This document shows, piece after piece, positions 1 to 12,100 of a stretch of 64,000 nt of DNA. The DNA lies in NCBI RefSeq assembly GCF_963921235.1, contig NC_086097.1, positions 100,380,001 to 100,444,000 of the forward strand, given 5' to 3'. Position 1 is the first letter of the stretch. Each line of letters starts with the position of its first letter. Origin of the DNA: Mobula hypostoma. Lineage: Eukaryota. A program made the position numbers and the translations under genes. The notes under the pieces were generated by a model that was given only the letters and a program-made list of their open reading frames with translations, did no database searches and was not told where the DNA came from.

Positions 1-339
1 ATGCCCCTTAAACAAGGAATTGTATCTGATTCCACCATCTCCTCAGTTCCAGTTATCAAACACTCTGTGTGAAAGAAACATTCCCCTCATCCGGTTTGAA
101 ACTCTTTCCTCTCATTTTCCACCTCTTGCTTCTGTTCAGAAGATGATTTTGACCATCTACACAATCTACACCTCTCCTGATGCTACATACATTTACCAGA
201 TCACCCTACCTTAGCACCAGGGAAAACAAGCCCAGCCTCTCCAATTTCTCACCTGACTAAACTCCCACAACTTCAAGCAGCTTTATGACAAATCTCCTCT
301 ACAGTCTCTCCTGTTCTTCCAGTTAGAAGCAAGAAAGAA

Positions 340-1110
340 TAAAAACAAGTTAGAATAATAAAGAATAAGTTACCTCAAACAGTCTAACAGGAGGGGTCAT
401 CACTTCCCCGGCTATAGGGTGACTCGTTATGGAGCCTAGTGGCTGAGGGTAAGAATGACCTCATATAGGACTCTTCGAAGCAGCACAGTTGTCTTAGTCT
501 ATTACTAAAAGTGCTCCTCTGTTCAGCCAAGGTGAGAAACATTTTCTGTAGGGTCCTTTGTTCTACCACAGCCTCCAGTGTATGCAGTTTGACTCCTATA
601 ATAGAGCCAGCCTTTCTAATCAGTTTATTGAGCCTGATGGCATCACTCATGTTGATGCCATTGCCCCAGCATACCACCACATAGAAGATTATACTGGTGA
701 GAACAGACTGGTAGAACATGTGAAGGAGACGCCTGCATACTCCAAAGGACCTTAGTCTCCTCAGGAAGTGGAGATGACTCTGGCCCTTCTTGTACACAAC
801 CTCTGTGTTGGTCCTCCACTCAAGCCTGTCATCCAGGTGCACCCCCAGGTACTTGTAGGTCCTCACCACACCCACGTCCTCACCATCAATTGTTACAGGG
901 AGCAGTGCAGCCTTTGTCTTCCTAAAGTCCGTCACCATCTCCTTTGTCTTACTGATGTTGAGCTGCAGATGATTCAGCTTGCACCACTTGACAAAGTCCT
1001 CCACCAGGGACCTGTATTCATCCTCCCGTCCTCCCTTTACACACTCAACTATTGCTGAGTCATCAGAGAATTCCTGCAGACAACATGTCTCAGTGTTGTA
1101 TCGAAAGTCT
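340..1110 (-). mobile_element. Rex1/Babar-clade LINE 3' fragment (RT C-terminus)
   Basis: [11 protein letters not shown]...LQLNISKTKEMVTDFRK...YKYLGVHLDDRL...FLRRLRSFG; paralogous to 34960-35970. Confidence 0.85.
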
Positions 1111-1112
1111 GA

Positions 1113-1810
1113 AACAAAGCAAACGAGCTGGTCATTGACTTCATCGGGAAGGAGCACAGACCCAATGGAACTGAGGTGGATACAATTTATCAAATGCTTA
1201 GGTGTAAATATTACCAACAATCTGACCCAGCCTAGCTATGCGAAAGCTATGGCTCAGTGCCTCTATTTCCTCAGAAGGCTACAGAAATTTGGCACACTCC
1301 CTTCTACACTCACTCATCATACAGAGCATCCCGCTGGGATGTATCATAGCTTCATGAGACAACTGCTTTGCCCATGGCTGCAATAAACTGCAGAGACTTG
1401 GGGGGACAGCTCAGCACTTCACCAGAAACCAGCCTCCCCTCCATGGACTCTGTCTGCTATTGTAAAGCAGCCAGTGTGATCAAAGCCCCCACCCAAGCCG
1501 GCAATTCTCTCCTCTTCACAGCCATCACGCAGAAGATACAAAAGCCTGACAACACATACCACTGGCTCAAGCACATCTTCTATCTCACTGTTCTAAGAGT
1601 CTTGAAGAATTAAAAATGAACTCTTGATATTTCAGTCTACCCCATGAACTATATTTGTCTACCTTTTCTCTGTATCACTATACAGTATTCAGCACTGTTT
1701 TTTCATTTTATACTATAATTGTGTATGGAGTGATTTGTCTGGTTGGCATGCAAACAAAAACTTCTCACCCTGTCTCTGTACTTGTGACGATAACAAACCA
1801 ATTCCAAGTT
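1113..1810 (+). mobile_element. Degraded Rex1/Babar-like LINE 3' fragment
   Basis: FIKCLGVNITNNL...LYFLRRLQKFG, followed by a recurrent 3' tail (gcatgcaaacaaaa...tgtgacgataacaaaccaattcc). Confidence 0.7.
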
Positions 1811-1857
1811 TGTACTGTCTGGTATTTCACCTAATAACAAGCAGAAGAAATGCAAAC

Positions 1858-2072
1858 ACAAAATAATCTGCAGATGCTGGGTCAAAGCAACACTCACAAC
1901 ACGCTGGAGGAACTCAGCAGGTCAGGGAACCTACCAGCCTTCTCCTTCCCACCCTCCCCCCTCCTTCTTTGTAGGGCCTCTGCCCCTTCCCCCTACGATC
2001 CTGACGAAGGGTTCCGGCCCGAAACGTCGATCGATCTTTTCCACTGATGCTGCCCGACCTGCTGAGTTTCTG
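1858..2072 (+). mobile_element. Short Penelope-derived insertion (inverted pLTR piece plus 3' end)
   Basis: 14-bp TSD gaagaaatgcaaac (1844-1857, 2073-2086); 13-bp inverted repeat 1911-1923/2056-2068; homologous to the ends of Penelope copies at 6483-7020 and 15030-15775. Confidence 0.85.
1996..2033 (+). ncRNA. Minimal type I hammerhead ribozyme motif (Penelope-type)
   Basis: CGAUC-CUGACGA-A-GGG uuccgg CCC-GAAA-C-GUC-GAUCG: perfect 5-bp stem I, intact core, GUC cleavage triplet, palindromic ACGU stem III. Confidence 0.75.
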
Positions 2073-2534
2073 GAAGAAATGCAAACCCTTGCAGTTTAAT
2101 TAATGAACAAGGTGCCGGAGGGGAAGGCAGGAAACCCATCCCTGTAGATATCAATCAAGATGCAATCAAATTCCACACAACCTTGACCCACTGCCAGATG
2201 TGCATGCAAATGAGTACAGTGTCGGGGGGAATCCAGCTGATGTGGGGCCAGGTCACCAGGGTGGGCTCAAGGCCTGCTGGGGAAATCAGGCTCCTCCTCC
2301 ACTTTAGATTAATTTATTCTTGGATGGTCACATTAGGAAATGAAGATTGCCACTGTTTATAATTGCTTCACCAAGATTAATGTCACCACACAGCGGGGCA
2401 GTCAGAGGTTTGATTCCCAGGCTCTGCTGAAATTAATTGCAGGAAGAGTCAAATTTAAATAAAGTGTTTTCTTTAAAAACAACCTGATATTGCAATAGAA
2501 TAAACTGGAAACAACTGTTCTGTTGCAGAAGTGA

Positions 2535-3520
2535 TCCAGGCTCGACAAGAAGCTGGGAGACCTCAGCCTTGACCCCGCCTTGTGCAGTTGGATCCTGGAC
2601 TTCCTGTCAGTTCGCCAGCAGGTTGTAAGAGTGAACTCCCTCACCTCCAACCCACTGACTCTCAATACAGGAGCCCCTCAGGGCCATGTACTGAGTCTCC
2701 TCCTTTACTCCCTGTATACCCATGACTGTATCACCACCCACAGCTCCAATTTGCTAATTAAATTTGTTGATGACACTACATTGATTGGCCTAATCTCAAA
2801 CAATAATGAGGTGGCCTACAGGGAAGAAGTCATCACCCTGACACAGTGGTGTCAAGAAAACAACCTCTCCCTCAATGTCACAAAAGCAAAGGAGCTCATT
2901 GTGGACTACAGGAGGAATGGAGACAGGCTAACCCCTACTAACATCAATGGATCTGGGGTTGAGAGGGTGAACAGCTTCAAGTTCCTCGGCATTTACATCA
3001 CCGAGGACCTCACATGGGCTGTACACAACAGCACCTCTTTCACCTCAGACGGTTGAGGAAGTTTGGTATGGGCCCCCAAATCCTAAGAACTTTCTACAGG
3101 GGCACAATTGAGAGCATCCTGACTGGTTGTATCACTGCCTGGTTTGGGAACTGTACCTCCCTCAACCGCAGGGCTCTGCAGAGAGTGGTGTGGACAGCCC
3201 AGCACACCTTCCCAGGATTCAGGACATTTACAAGGACAGGATTATTGGGGACCCAAGCTATCCCAACCACAATCTACTCCAGCTGCTACCATCTGGGAAG
3301 TGGTACCGCAGCATAAAAGCCAGGACCAACAGGCACCGGGACAGCTTCTTCCACCAGGCCATCAAACTGATGAACTCACACTGATTTGAGTGAACTCTAT
3401 ATTACATTGACTGTTCTATTTATTATAAATTACTATGATTGCACATGGCACATTGAGATGGAGACATAACATAAAGATTTTTACTCATGTATGTGAAAGA
3501 TGTAAGAAATAAAGTCAATT
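2535..3520 (+). mobile_element. Rex1/Babar-like LINE, 5'-truncated, frameshifted
   Basis: WILDFLS...TGAPQG...KFVDDTTLIGLI...FKFLGIYITEDL, then LRRLRKFGM in another frame. Confidence 0.88.
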
Positions 3521-3602
3521 CAGTTCAGTTCACATGTCCTTCCGGAGACATTCTGCGCGATTCCTGCTTGGCATTTATGAGACTCTAGGTTCTCGGAGAC
3601 AG

Positions 3603-3930
3603 AGGGTGGCAAAGTGGCGCACCTGGTGTCACAGTTCCAGAGAATCCGCATTCGATCCCAACCTCCAGTGCTGTTCTGATGTAGAGTTTCTATGTTCTCC
3701 CATGACCACATGGGTTTCCTCTGGGTGCTCCGGTTTCCAAAGTCACAGCCCAAAGACGTGTGGGTCCAGAGGTTAACTGTATGCTGTAAAGTGGGTGGGA
3801 GAATCTGGAACGGGTGTGTGTATGATGGGAACATCAGGAGAATAATATGAGATTAGTGCAGCATTAGTCTAAGTGCTTGGCTGATGGTTAGCAGACTCGA
3901 TGGTCAAAGGATCTGTTTTTGTGTTGAATG
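3603..3930 (+). mobile_element. tRNA-derived V-SINE (HE1-like), degraded
   Basis: Central domain gttctcccatgaccacatgggtttcctctgggtgctccggtttcc and a CR1-like tail. Confidence 0.7.
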
Positions 3931-4329
3931 AACATCTGACCCTAGTATTGATACTGGCACTGAATTCAGCCAGGGTAATTTCAATTCAATGCCAGCCAAC
4001 TGACAAACACCCGAGTATTGGCATCTAAACTGGGGCAGTTGTACCACAGGGCTCTGAAGCAATAAGCGACAGTGATAATCGCAGCTTCACAATGTGCTGG
4101 ACTCCTCTAGCACAATCACTGTCCCTGTAGGGACAGGGGAAGGCACGTGGTTAGCAAGTGGGAGGGAGCAGTCCATAGGATCATTTCCAGACGCCATGCT
4201 ATTTCATAGTATCAGCATCAGACACAGACAATACCACCCCAGCTTATTACCAGCTCAGCATTCCATGGAGCAAAGTGATGGAAGCTGAACTAACAGCATT
4301 ATCCATGACACATATTCCACATGGATGCC

Positions 4330-5260
4330 CAGCATGTCTTTCTCCATAGATACTTTGCTCTGGTCCTCATCACAGCCCTGGTTCAACACAGAGCAGAGCT
4401 GAATTCCAGAGGCAAGGTGAGGGCAAATGCCCTCAATGTTGAGTATTGTGCCAAAAAGCCGTAGTAAATCGTAAGTCAGTGGGCATCAAAATGGAATGAA
4501 CTCCATTGGTGGAGTCAGACATCTCTCAATGGAAGATGTTTGTGGTGGTTGGAGGTCAATCATCATCCCAGTGCAGGAGTTCCTCAGGACAGCGTCCCAG
4601 TCCCAACCTGTACACCTGCTTCATCTTTCCATTCCATGGCAAAGTGAGAAGTGGGGTCGTTTACTGACGTGGAGCCCAGTTCACACCTCCCCAGCAGATG
4701 CAGTGGCCCATGCCTGCACACTGTAAGGTCGAGACAATGTCCAGACACGGGTTAATAGATGGCCAGTAACACATGCCACAGAAGTAGCAATGACCACTGG
4801 GGCTGACCACCTACCCTTCTCATCACTGAGAATCTCACCCCTCCCCCAACACCACTCCACAGTCAACATCTGGGGGGGGGGGGGGAACTTACTGTTAACC
4901 AGAAACATGAGTGGATCAGCCACATAAATACTGTGACAAGACCAGGCCAGAGATTGTGTCCTGTGACAAGCGACTCACCTCCTAACATCCCAGCACCTTC
5001 CCACCATCCACAAGGCAGCAGTGATGGGACAAGGGGTAGAATGCTTGAAAGAGATGTATGCTTGTTTGCAGAGTGGTAGGTGCCCGTGATGTACTGCCAG
5101 TGGAGGTGTGGGAGCAGGCATGATAGTGCCCAGGAGGCACCTGGACAGGCAGGGAATGGACAGATATGCATCATGTGCAGGCAGACGCACAGTTTAAAGT
5201 GACATCATGGTCAGCACAGAGATGACGGGCTGAAGGGCCTGCTCCTGTGAATACCACTCT
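4330..5260 (+). mobile_element. Old CR1-group LINE remnant
   Basis: Degraded RT-like segment (gcaggagttcctcaggacagcgtcc = AGVPQDSV) and the CR1-type 3' tail gggctgaagggcctgctcctgtg. Confidence 0.5.
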
Positions 5261-5473
5261 GAACTCCACTCTCTCCTCAGTGCAGTGACCCAGATCAGGA
5301 TGTGATCTGGGCCAGTCCAACACACCTTCTGCTGTCACCCAGGTCGGGCGAACTGCAGCACCCATGCAGATCGCAATAGCACCCTCAGGAGGCACGAGAG
5401 GAAAGTACACAGTTAGCTGCTGGAGGAAAGGAAATGAATGCAACGAAGACATCTCCAGAAAAATTTGGCATTG

Positions 5474-5479
5474 TTTATT
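5474..5479 (-). terminator. Putative polyadenylation signal AATAAA of the CRIP2-like mRNA (3'UTR ~600 nt)
   Basis: tttatt on the plus strand ~585 nt past the stop codon, ending an apparently repeat-free stretch; T-rich sequence follows on the minus strand. Confidence 0.65.
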
Positions 5480-6063
5480 CTCAGTAAAAGATAACTTCAA
5501 TTAACTCTAACGCTCATGAACAGGATGCTTCTCATTGCTGGTACATTAAAAAATGCATTCTTTAAGCTGAATATAATACTGTAAGTAGAGGCCTGAAGTT
5601 TCAGGAGGGAAAGTGGTGTGTCAGTTTACACTACTCCTCATGAGGAGCAGAGGAGAGTTTCAGAGCCTGGGAGGGGCAGTACACACAGATCAATAAAGGC
5701 TACTGTGGTGCTAGTGGTCCTTCCCGCAAATCCATGGTTTTCACAAGCTGCTGCCTCAGGCCAACTGTTCAATCTTGGCCTCGAGAACTTTGGGATGGCC
5801 CTTTGACAGCTTTCACCTCACCTGCTCCGACATCGTGAAAGATTGAGGGTCAGTGACAGAAGGCCACGACCATACCATGCTACAGCCCACATAAATTAAA
5901 TACTATTTCAGTCAACAGCATACTACAGTTAATACCTGGGGTACTAGTTCAGGGTTTCTAAGCTACTGTGGCGGTGTGTTGTGAGTAGAGTGTCTGTGTA
6001 GCTTGCGTTAGAATTGGGAAGTCGGCGGTATCCAATGGATTCAGCTGGGGTTGGAATCGCCTG

Positions 6064-6128
6064 TCACTGCTCCCCGGGGGTGTCCATCTTCTCATAGATG
6101 TAGCTGCCAACACCTCCAGTGTTAACCC
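6064..6128 (-). CDS. crip2: CRIP2-like exon 8, coding part ([21 protein letters not shown])
   Basis: Acceptor gttgttacag; TGA at 6066-6064. Confidence 0.93.
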
Positions 6129-9100
6129 CTGTAACAACAGCAAAGGGGTGAAGTTGGGAAGAGATATCACACTGGGTTGCCAAAATCACACCTCTCCAAT
6201 GCAGGTACTGACCCTCCCTCCAACCCTCCCAGGTTCTCCTCCTCCTCATGGAATATCGTGTGCAGTTCTAGTCGTCAGATTACCAGAAGGACGAAGAGGT
6301 TCTGGAGAGGGTTCAGCAGACACACACCAAGATGCTACCTGGATCAGAGGACATGAAGTACAAGGAGAAGTTGGACAAACTTAGATCGTTTTCTTTGGAG
6401 CATCAGAGGCTAAGGGTAGATCCAATAGAAGTTTAAAAAATTATGAGAGGCAAAGATAGGATAGTTAGAATCTTCAGAAAAGAGTTCAGTCAATGTTTCG
6501 GGCCAAGACCCTTCATCACGACTGGAGAGAAAAAGATGAGGAGTCAGGGTAAGAAGGTGGGAGGAGGGGAGAAAGAAACAGGAGGTGATAGGTGAAACCA
6601 GGAGGGAGGGAGAGGGGTGAAGTAAAGAGCTGGGAAGTTGATTGGTGAAGCAGATACAGGGCTGGAGAAGGGTTGGGGGAGGACAGAAGGCCATGGAAGA
6701 GAGAAAAGGGGGAGGAGCACCAGAGGGAGACGATGGGCAGGTAAGGAAGGAGATAAGGTGAGAGAGGGAAATGGGACTGGGGTATGCTGAAAGATGGGGG
6801 GGGGGTGTATTACAGGAAGTTCCAGAAATCGAAGTTCATGCCATCAGGTTGGAGGCTACCCAGATGGAATACAAGGTGTTGCTTCTCCAACCTGAGTGTG
6901 GCCTCATCGCGACAGTAGAGGAGACCATGGACTGGCATGTCGGAATGGGAATGGGAAGTGGAACTAAAATGGGTGGCCCCTGGGAGATCCCACTTTTTCT
7001 GGCAGACGGAGCGTAGGTGCGTGGCAAATTCATGGATAGGAAGGGTTCAAAGAGAATGGGCCAAACCTGGGTAAATGGTCAGTATGGACAAGCTGAGCGA
7101 CAGGACCTGTTGCCATGCTGTGTAACTCTGACCAAGAGGGTGAGGGGGAATTTGATCTGAATTTTCGAAGTCACAAAATGAACAAAGAAAAACAGTTCCC
7201 ACTGGCGAAGGGGGAGAATCACAAGGTACGGGGTTCAACAAGGAGCCGGGTGGCTTGAAGCAAAGCCTCTGCCTGCAGTGAACAGATGTGTACTTGAGCT
7301 GCTGCCTGCCTGAAGCAGAGGCATAAGCAAATGGAAAGGGGGAAGCAGCATTTGAGCGATGGGGAAAGAGCGATGAGACTAACTGAAATGTGAGGGATCA
7401 ATGGAGCAAATGCTGCAATGAATGGAAAAGAACGTGTGTTAAATCCTGCCCAGTACCTTCAAGGTGATCCTGCTTACCTTTCGGTCCAAACAGGATTCCG
7501 TAGCAGGGCTTGTGGCAGTAGGGCTGTCCATCATGCTGAATGGGGAGAGAGAGAAAACCGGCTTTAATGCATTGTAACCCTCAGCAGACAGCTCTGTAAC
7601 GTTCACCCAGCATCAGCACAGTGGTGCAACAGGTAGAAACGTCCCACAGCCCCAGGCACAGGGGCTCAATCCAGACCTCTCTGCTATGCGGAGTTTCAAT
7701 GTTCTCTGGGTGTTCTGGTCTCCTTCCACATCCCAAAGATGTGCAGGCTCGCTGAGCTAACTGACTGTCGTAAAAAAACTCCTGCAGTCTGCGTCCAGGT
7801 TACAAACACCCAACTCACAGATACCCTACAAACCAAAGAGCTCCCAGAATACTTGCAGATACGATTTGCAGAGTCCTTTTTTTTTTAAAGAGACTCCTGG
7901 ATAGGTACATGGAGCTTAGAAAAATAGAGGGCTATGAGTAACCCTAGGTAATTTCTAAGGTAAGGACATGTTTGGCACAGCTTTATGGGCCGAAGGGCGT
8001 GTATTGTGCTGTAGGTTTTCTACGTTTCTATTATGAAATTCAGAAATTTGACATCTATACATACACACAGTCTGCACACATCAGAATCAGCTTCCTCTCA
8101 CTCCACACATATTAGTTGTTCATTCTTCTGTGCTCTTGACGTCATTCATTACAATACTGGATGCAAAGTTGCCACATCAAGTGATTTTTGTGCATCTTCT
8201 GACTTATGGACAACATCAACCTATGGAGCTTTTGTAAAAGGTTAACCTGATGTGATAGAGGCTTTCAGATCGGCACATGAGTATGCACTGAATGGCAGGG
8301 TATGGATCATGTGCAGGCAGAAGGGGTTAGTTTAATTTGACATTGTGCTCAGCACAGACGTGGTAGGCTGAGGGCCTGTTCCTGTACTGTGTTGGTTCAT
8401 TAGGCAGGGACAGCCTGAGTGGTTAACCTGGGTGGAGCTGATAGGTTCACAGGGAGCTAAACCTCATCTTCACTCTCCTGTTTGTGGGAGTTCGTTGTGT
8501 TCTGATCTGTTGCCACTTACAACACTTTGGAAGTGCTTCTCTGTTGGTATGTGCTGGAGTCCTGAGGAGGTCTAAGCACACTACACGAGGGTGAAGATTG
8601 CCTTCTGAAGCTGTGCTGGTGAGATGGGTGCACAGTGAGGTGCATACTCAGTAACACACTGCTGCTTTACACACACAGCAAGGCAGAGAGCTCCTCCCAG
8701 TGGCAACATGTATAACACAGGCAAGGCCCAGCAGAGGCTGACGGGGCTCACAACAACATTCCTGCCCCTTGGAAGGTTTGCAGACATACTCTTTGTGGAG
8801 CCAGGCAGTTCCATGATCAAGGAGGGCCAGTAGCTTGTGAAAGGTATAGCAGCCGGGTTCTCTGTCTCAGCAGCACTGACTGGGAGCAGCAGGCAGCCAT
8901 TGTGTGTGTGTGAGTGATACGGCCCTAATCTGCCTTCTCACTCAAAAGGAAACAGGAACAGAAACAGAACTGGGGTCTTCAATCCTGCCTGCTCTTCAAT
9001 GGTGGATCTAGCCCAGTCATCAACTCCTCTTTTGTGCCTGTTCCAGGTGGTTCTCAATTCCTCCATCTTTCAGAAATTCATCTACCTCCTTTTTAGCTTC

Positions 9101-12100
9101 AATACCATATTGAAATCTGCTGACAACACCACTGTTGTCGGCTGAATTAAAGGTGGTGACAAATCAGCATATAGGAGGGAGATCGAAAATCTGGTTGAGT
9201 GGTGTCACAATAATCACCTCTTACTCAATGTCAGCAAGACCAAGGAGCTGGTTATTGACAACAGGAGAAAACCAGAGGTCAAATGAGCCAGTCCTCATAG
9301 GAGGATCAGACATGGAGAGGGTCAGCAACTTTAAATTCCTTAGTGTTAACTTTTCAGAGAACCTGTCCTGGGCCCAGAACTTAAGTAAAATTATGAAGAA
9401 AGTACAACAGTGCCTCAACTTCCTTGGGGGTTTACAAATATTTTGTATGACATCTGTACTTTCCACAAACTTGTATAGATGTTTGGTAGAGAGTATATTG
9501 ATGGGTTGCATCATGACCTGCAATGGAAACACCACTGCCCTTGCACAAAAAATCCCATAAACGGTAGTAGATACAGCCTAGTCCATCATGGGTAGAGCTG
9601 TCCCGCCCACTGGGGAGATAAATCTCCAAGGGCCTATACCCCAGGGTTATTGAGACAGAGGCAAGAGATGAGATTGCTGGGGCCTTGGCCAATATCTTTG
9701 TGTCCTCTCTAGCCAGAGGCAAGGTCGCAGAGAACTGGTGAGTAGCTACCATCATTCAAGAAAACAAGGGATAATCTGGAAACTATAGACCGGTGAGGCT
9801 CACATCAGTGGTAGGGAAATTACTGGAGAAAATTCTTAGGGATAGGATTTATGAACATTTGGAAAACCATGGTCTAAGTAAGAAGAGCCAACATGGTTTT
9901 GTGTGGGGCAAGCCATATCTTACTAACTTGATTGGACCTCTTTGACATTATGATGAGGGTGATTGATGAAGGTGGAGCTGTGGATGTTGTCTATGTGGAA
10001 TTTAGTAAGGCATTTGCCAAGGACTTTCGTGAGAGGCTCATCCAGAAGATTAAGAAGCATGGGATCCATGGTGAATTGGCTGTTTGGATTCAGAACTGCT
10101 TGCACACAGAAGGCAGAGGGTAGTGGTTGAAGGGACTTATTCTAACTGGAGGTCAGTGATTAGTGGTGTTCTGCAGAGATCTGTACTAGGCCCTCTGCTG
10201 TCTGTGATGTATATAAATAAAACTGGATGAAAATGTAGATAGGTGCGTTACTAAGTTTGCAGATTGGTGGAGTTGTGGATAGTGTAGAAGACTGGCAAAG
10301 AATACAGCATGACATAGATCAGTTGCAGATAGGGGCTGAGAAATGACAGATGAAGTTTGTAAGGCAAATGCAAGGAAACAGTTAACTATTAAGGGGAAGA
10401 TCCTTAACAGTGTTGCTGAGCAAAGAGATCATGGGATCCAAGTTCATAGCTCCTTCAAAGTGGCTACACAGGTCGATAAGGTGGTTAAGAAGGCTTATAG
10501 AATACTTGCTTTTATTAATTGAGACACTGAGTTCAAAAGTCAGGAAGTTATGTTACAACTTTATAAAACTCTATTTAGGCTCCCTATGAAGTACTGCATA
10601 CATTTGCGGCTGCCTGATTATAAGAAAGACGTCGAGGTTTTGGTGAGGGTGAAGTAGTTTACCCGCATGCTGCCAGGATTAGAGGGGGCATGTTGAAGTT
10701 GGACAAACTGGGTTGTTTTCTCTGGAGCGGTGAAGGCCGGAGGAAGATCTGAGACTTCATCAGATTATGAGAGACACAGAAAAAGTAGACTGAGGGTTCA
10801 AAACATCTAATACCACAGGACCTGCATTGAAGGTGAAGGGGGTAGGTCAAAAGATGATGTGGGGGGTAAGTTTTTTTTTAAAAACACACAGAATGATGGT
10901 GCCTGGAATGCACTGCCTGGGTGGTGGCAGAGGCAGGTACATGAGGGCCATTAAAGAGACATTTAGACAGACACATGAATGTGAGGGTAATGGAAGGATA
11001 TAGACATTGTGAAGGCAGAAGAGATAGTTTAGATGGCCACTTGATTACTTGGTTTGGCAGAACATTGTGGGTTGCAGGGCCTGTTCCTGTGCGTACTCTT
11101 CCCTGAACCACACTCCTCTGTCACCTTACCACCTGATACACTTGAATAAGATTACTTCTCATCCTTCTTCAAACGAGGAATATAGACCCAAACTATGCAG
11201 CTTCTCTTGACAGGCCAACCCTCCTTTATACTGTCTCTGAAGATACTGTGTGCCAAAGCATTCACGGTGTGGCCTCACCAACACCCTGTACAACCTGCAG
11301 TCTACAATACTTACACCCTGCAGTCTCCCCATGTACACAATAATCCACTATTTGATCCCGAATACCCAATGGTATGACCTCACACTTCCCACATCACTCA
11401 GTCTCACTACATCCAACTTAATGACACCCCACACAAACGAATGAGTGTTGGGAGACCGGTGGGATGGATCCGACAGCCACTGCAGGGCTTCAGGCATCTT
11501 CTGCTGGGTGGGAATGGGCTACTACCACATTCCCTCTATCTTCATCCACCACCACCACCGCTCCCTGCCGAGCTGCCACAAGCAGAGCTGAGCAGACTCA
11601 CCAAGGCTGGCTTCCCATTGCTCTTCCCGTACCTGTTCAGTGTCCCGTCAGCTACTTCTGTGATCCTCGTCCACCCACAGTTTGATTATTTCTGAGTTAC
11701 TAACAGTTCCCAGGTGCAGAACCCTGCCATAACCTGGGGACTGCCGATATGTCCCAGTGTTCTCATCACTATATATTCCCAGCTTCCGCCCTAACTGCGT
11801 GCCCACGACCAGTGCTCATGGGTTCTTAGAAACACTATCATTTAGTGCAGACTGGGGGCAATGAACCAAGTAAATTGCACCTCCCCCAGTCCCAGGGATC
11901 CATTCCCCACAGTTCCCAGCTCACCCAGTCCCAGGGGTCCATTCCCCACAGCTCCCAGTCCCAGGGGTCCATCCCCCACAGCTCCCAGCTCACCCAGTCC
12001 CAGGGGTCCATTCCCCACAGCTCCCAGTCCCAGGGGTCCAACCCCCACCTCACCCAGTCCCAGGGGTCCATTCCCCACAGCTCCCACCTCACCCAGTCCC

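Noticed and set aside
384..1220. 278-aa ORF as a host gene
   Set aside because: Chimera of a Rex1 RT fragment and the antisense strand of an adjacent LINE
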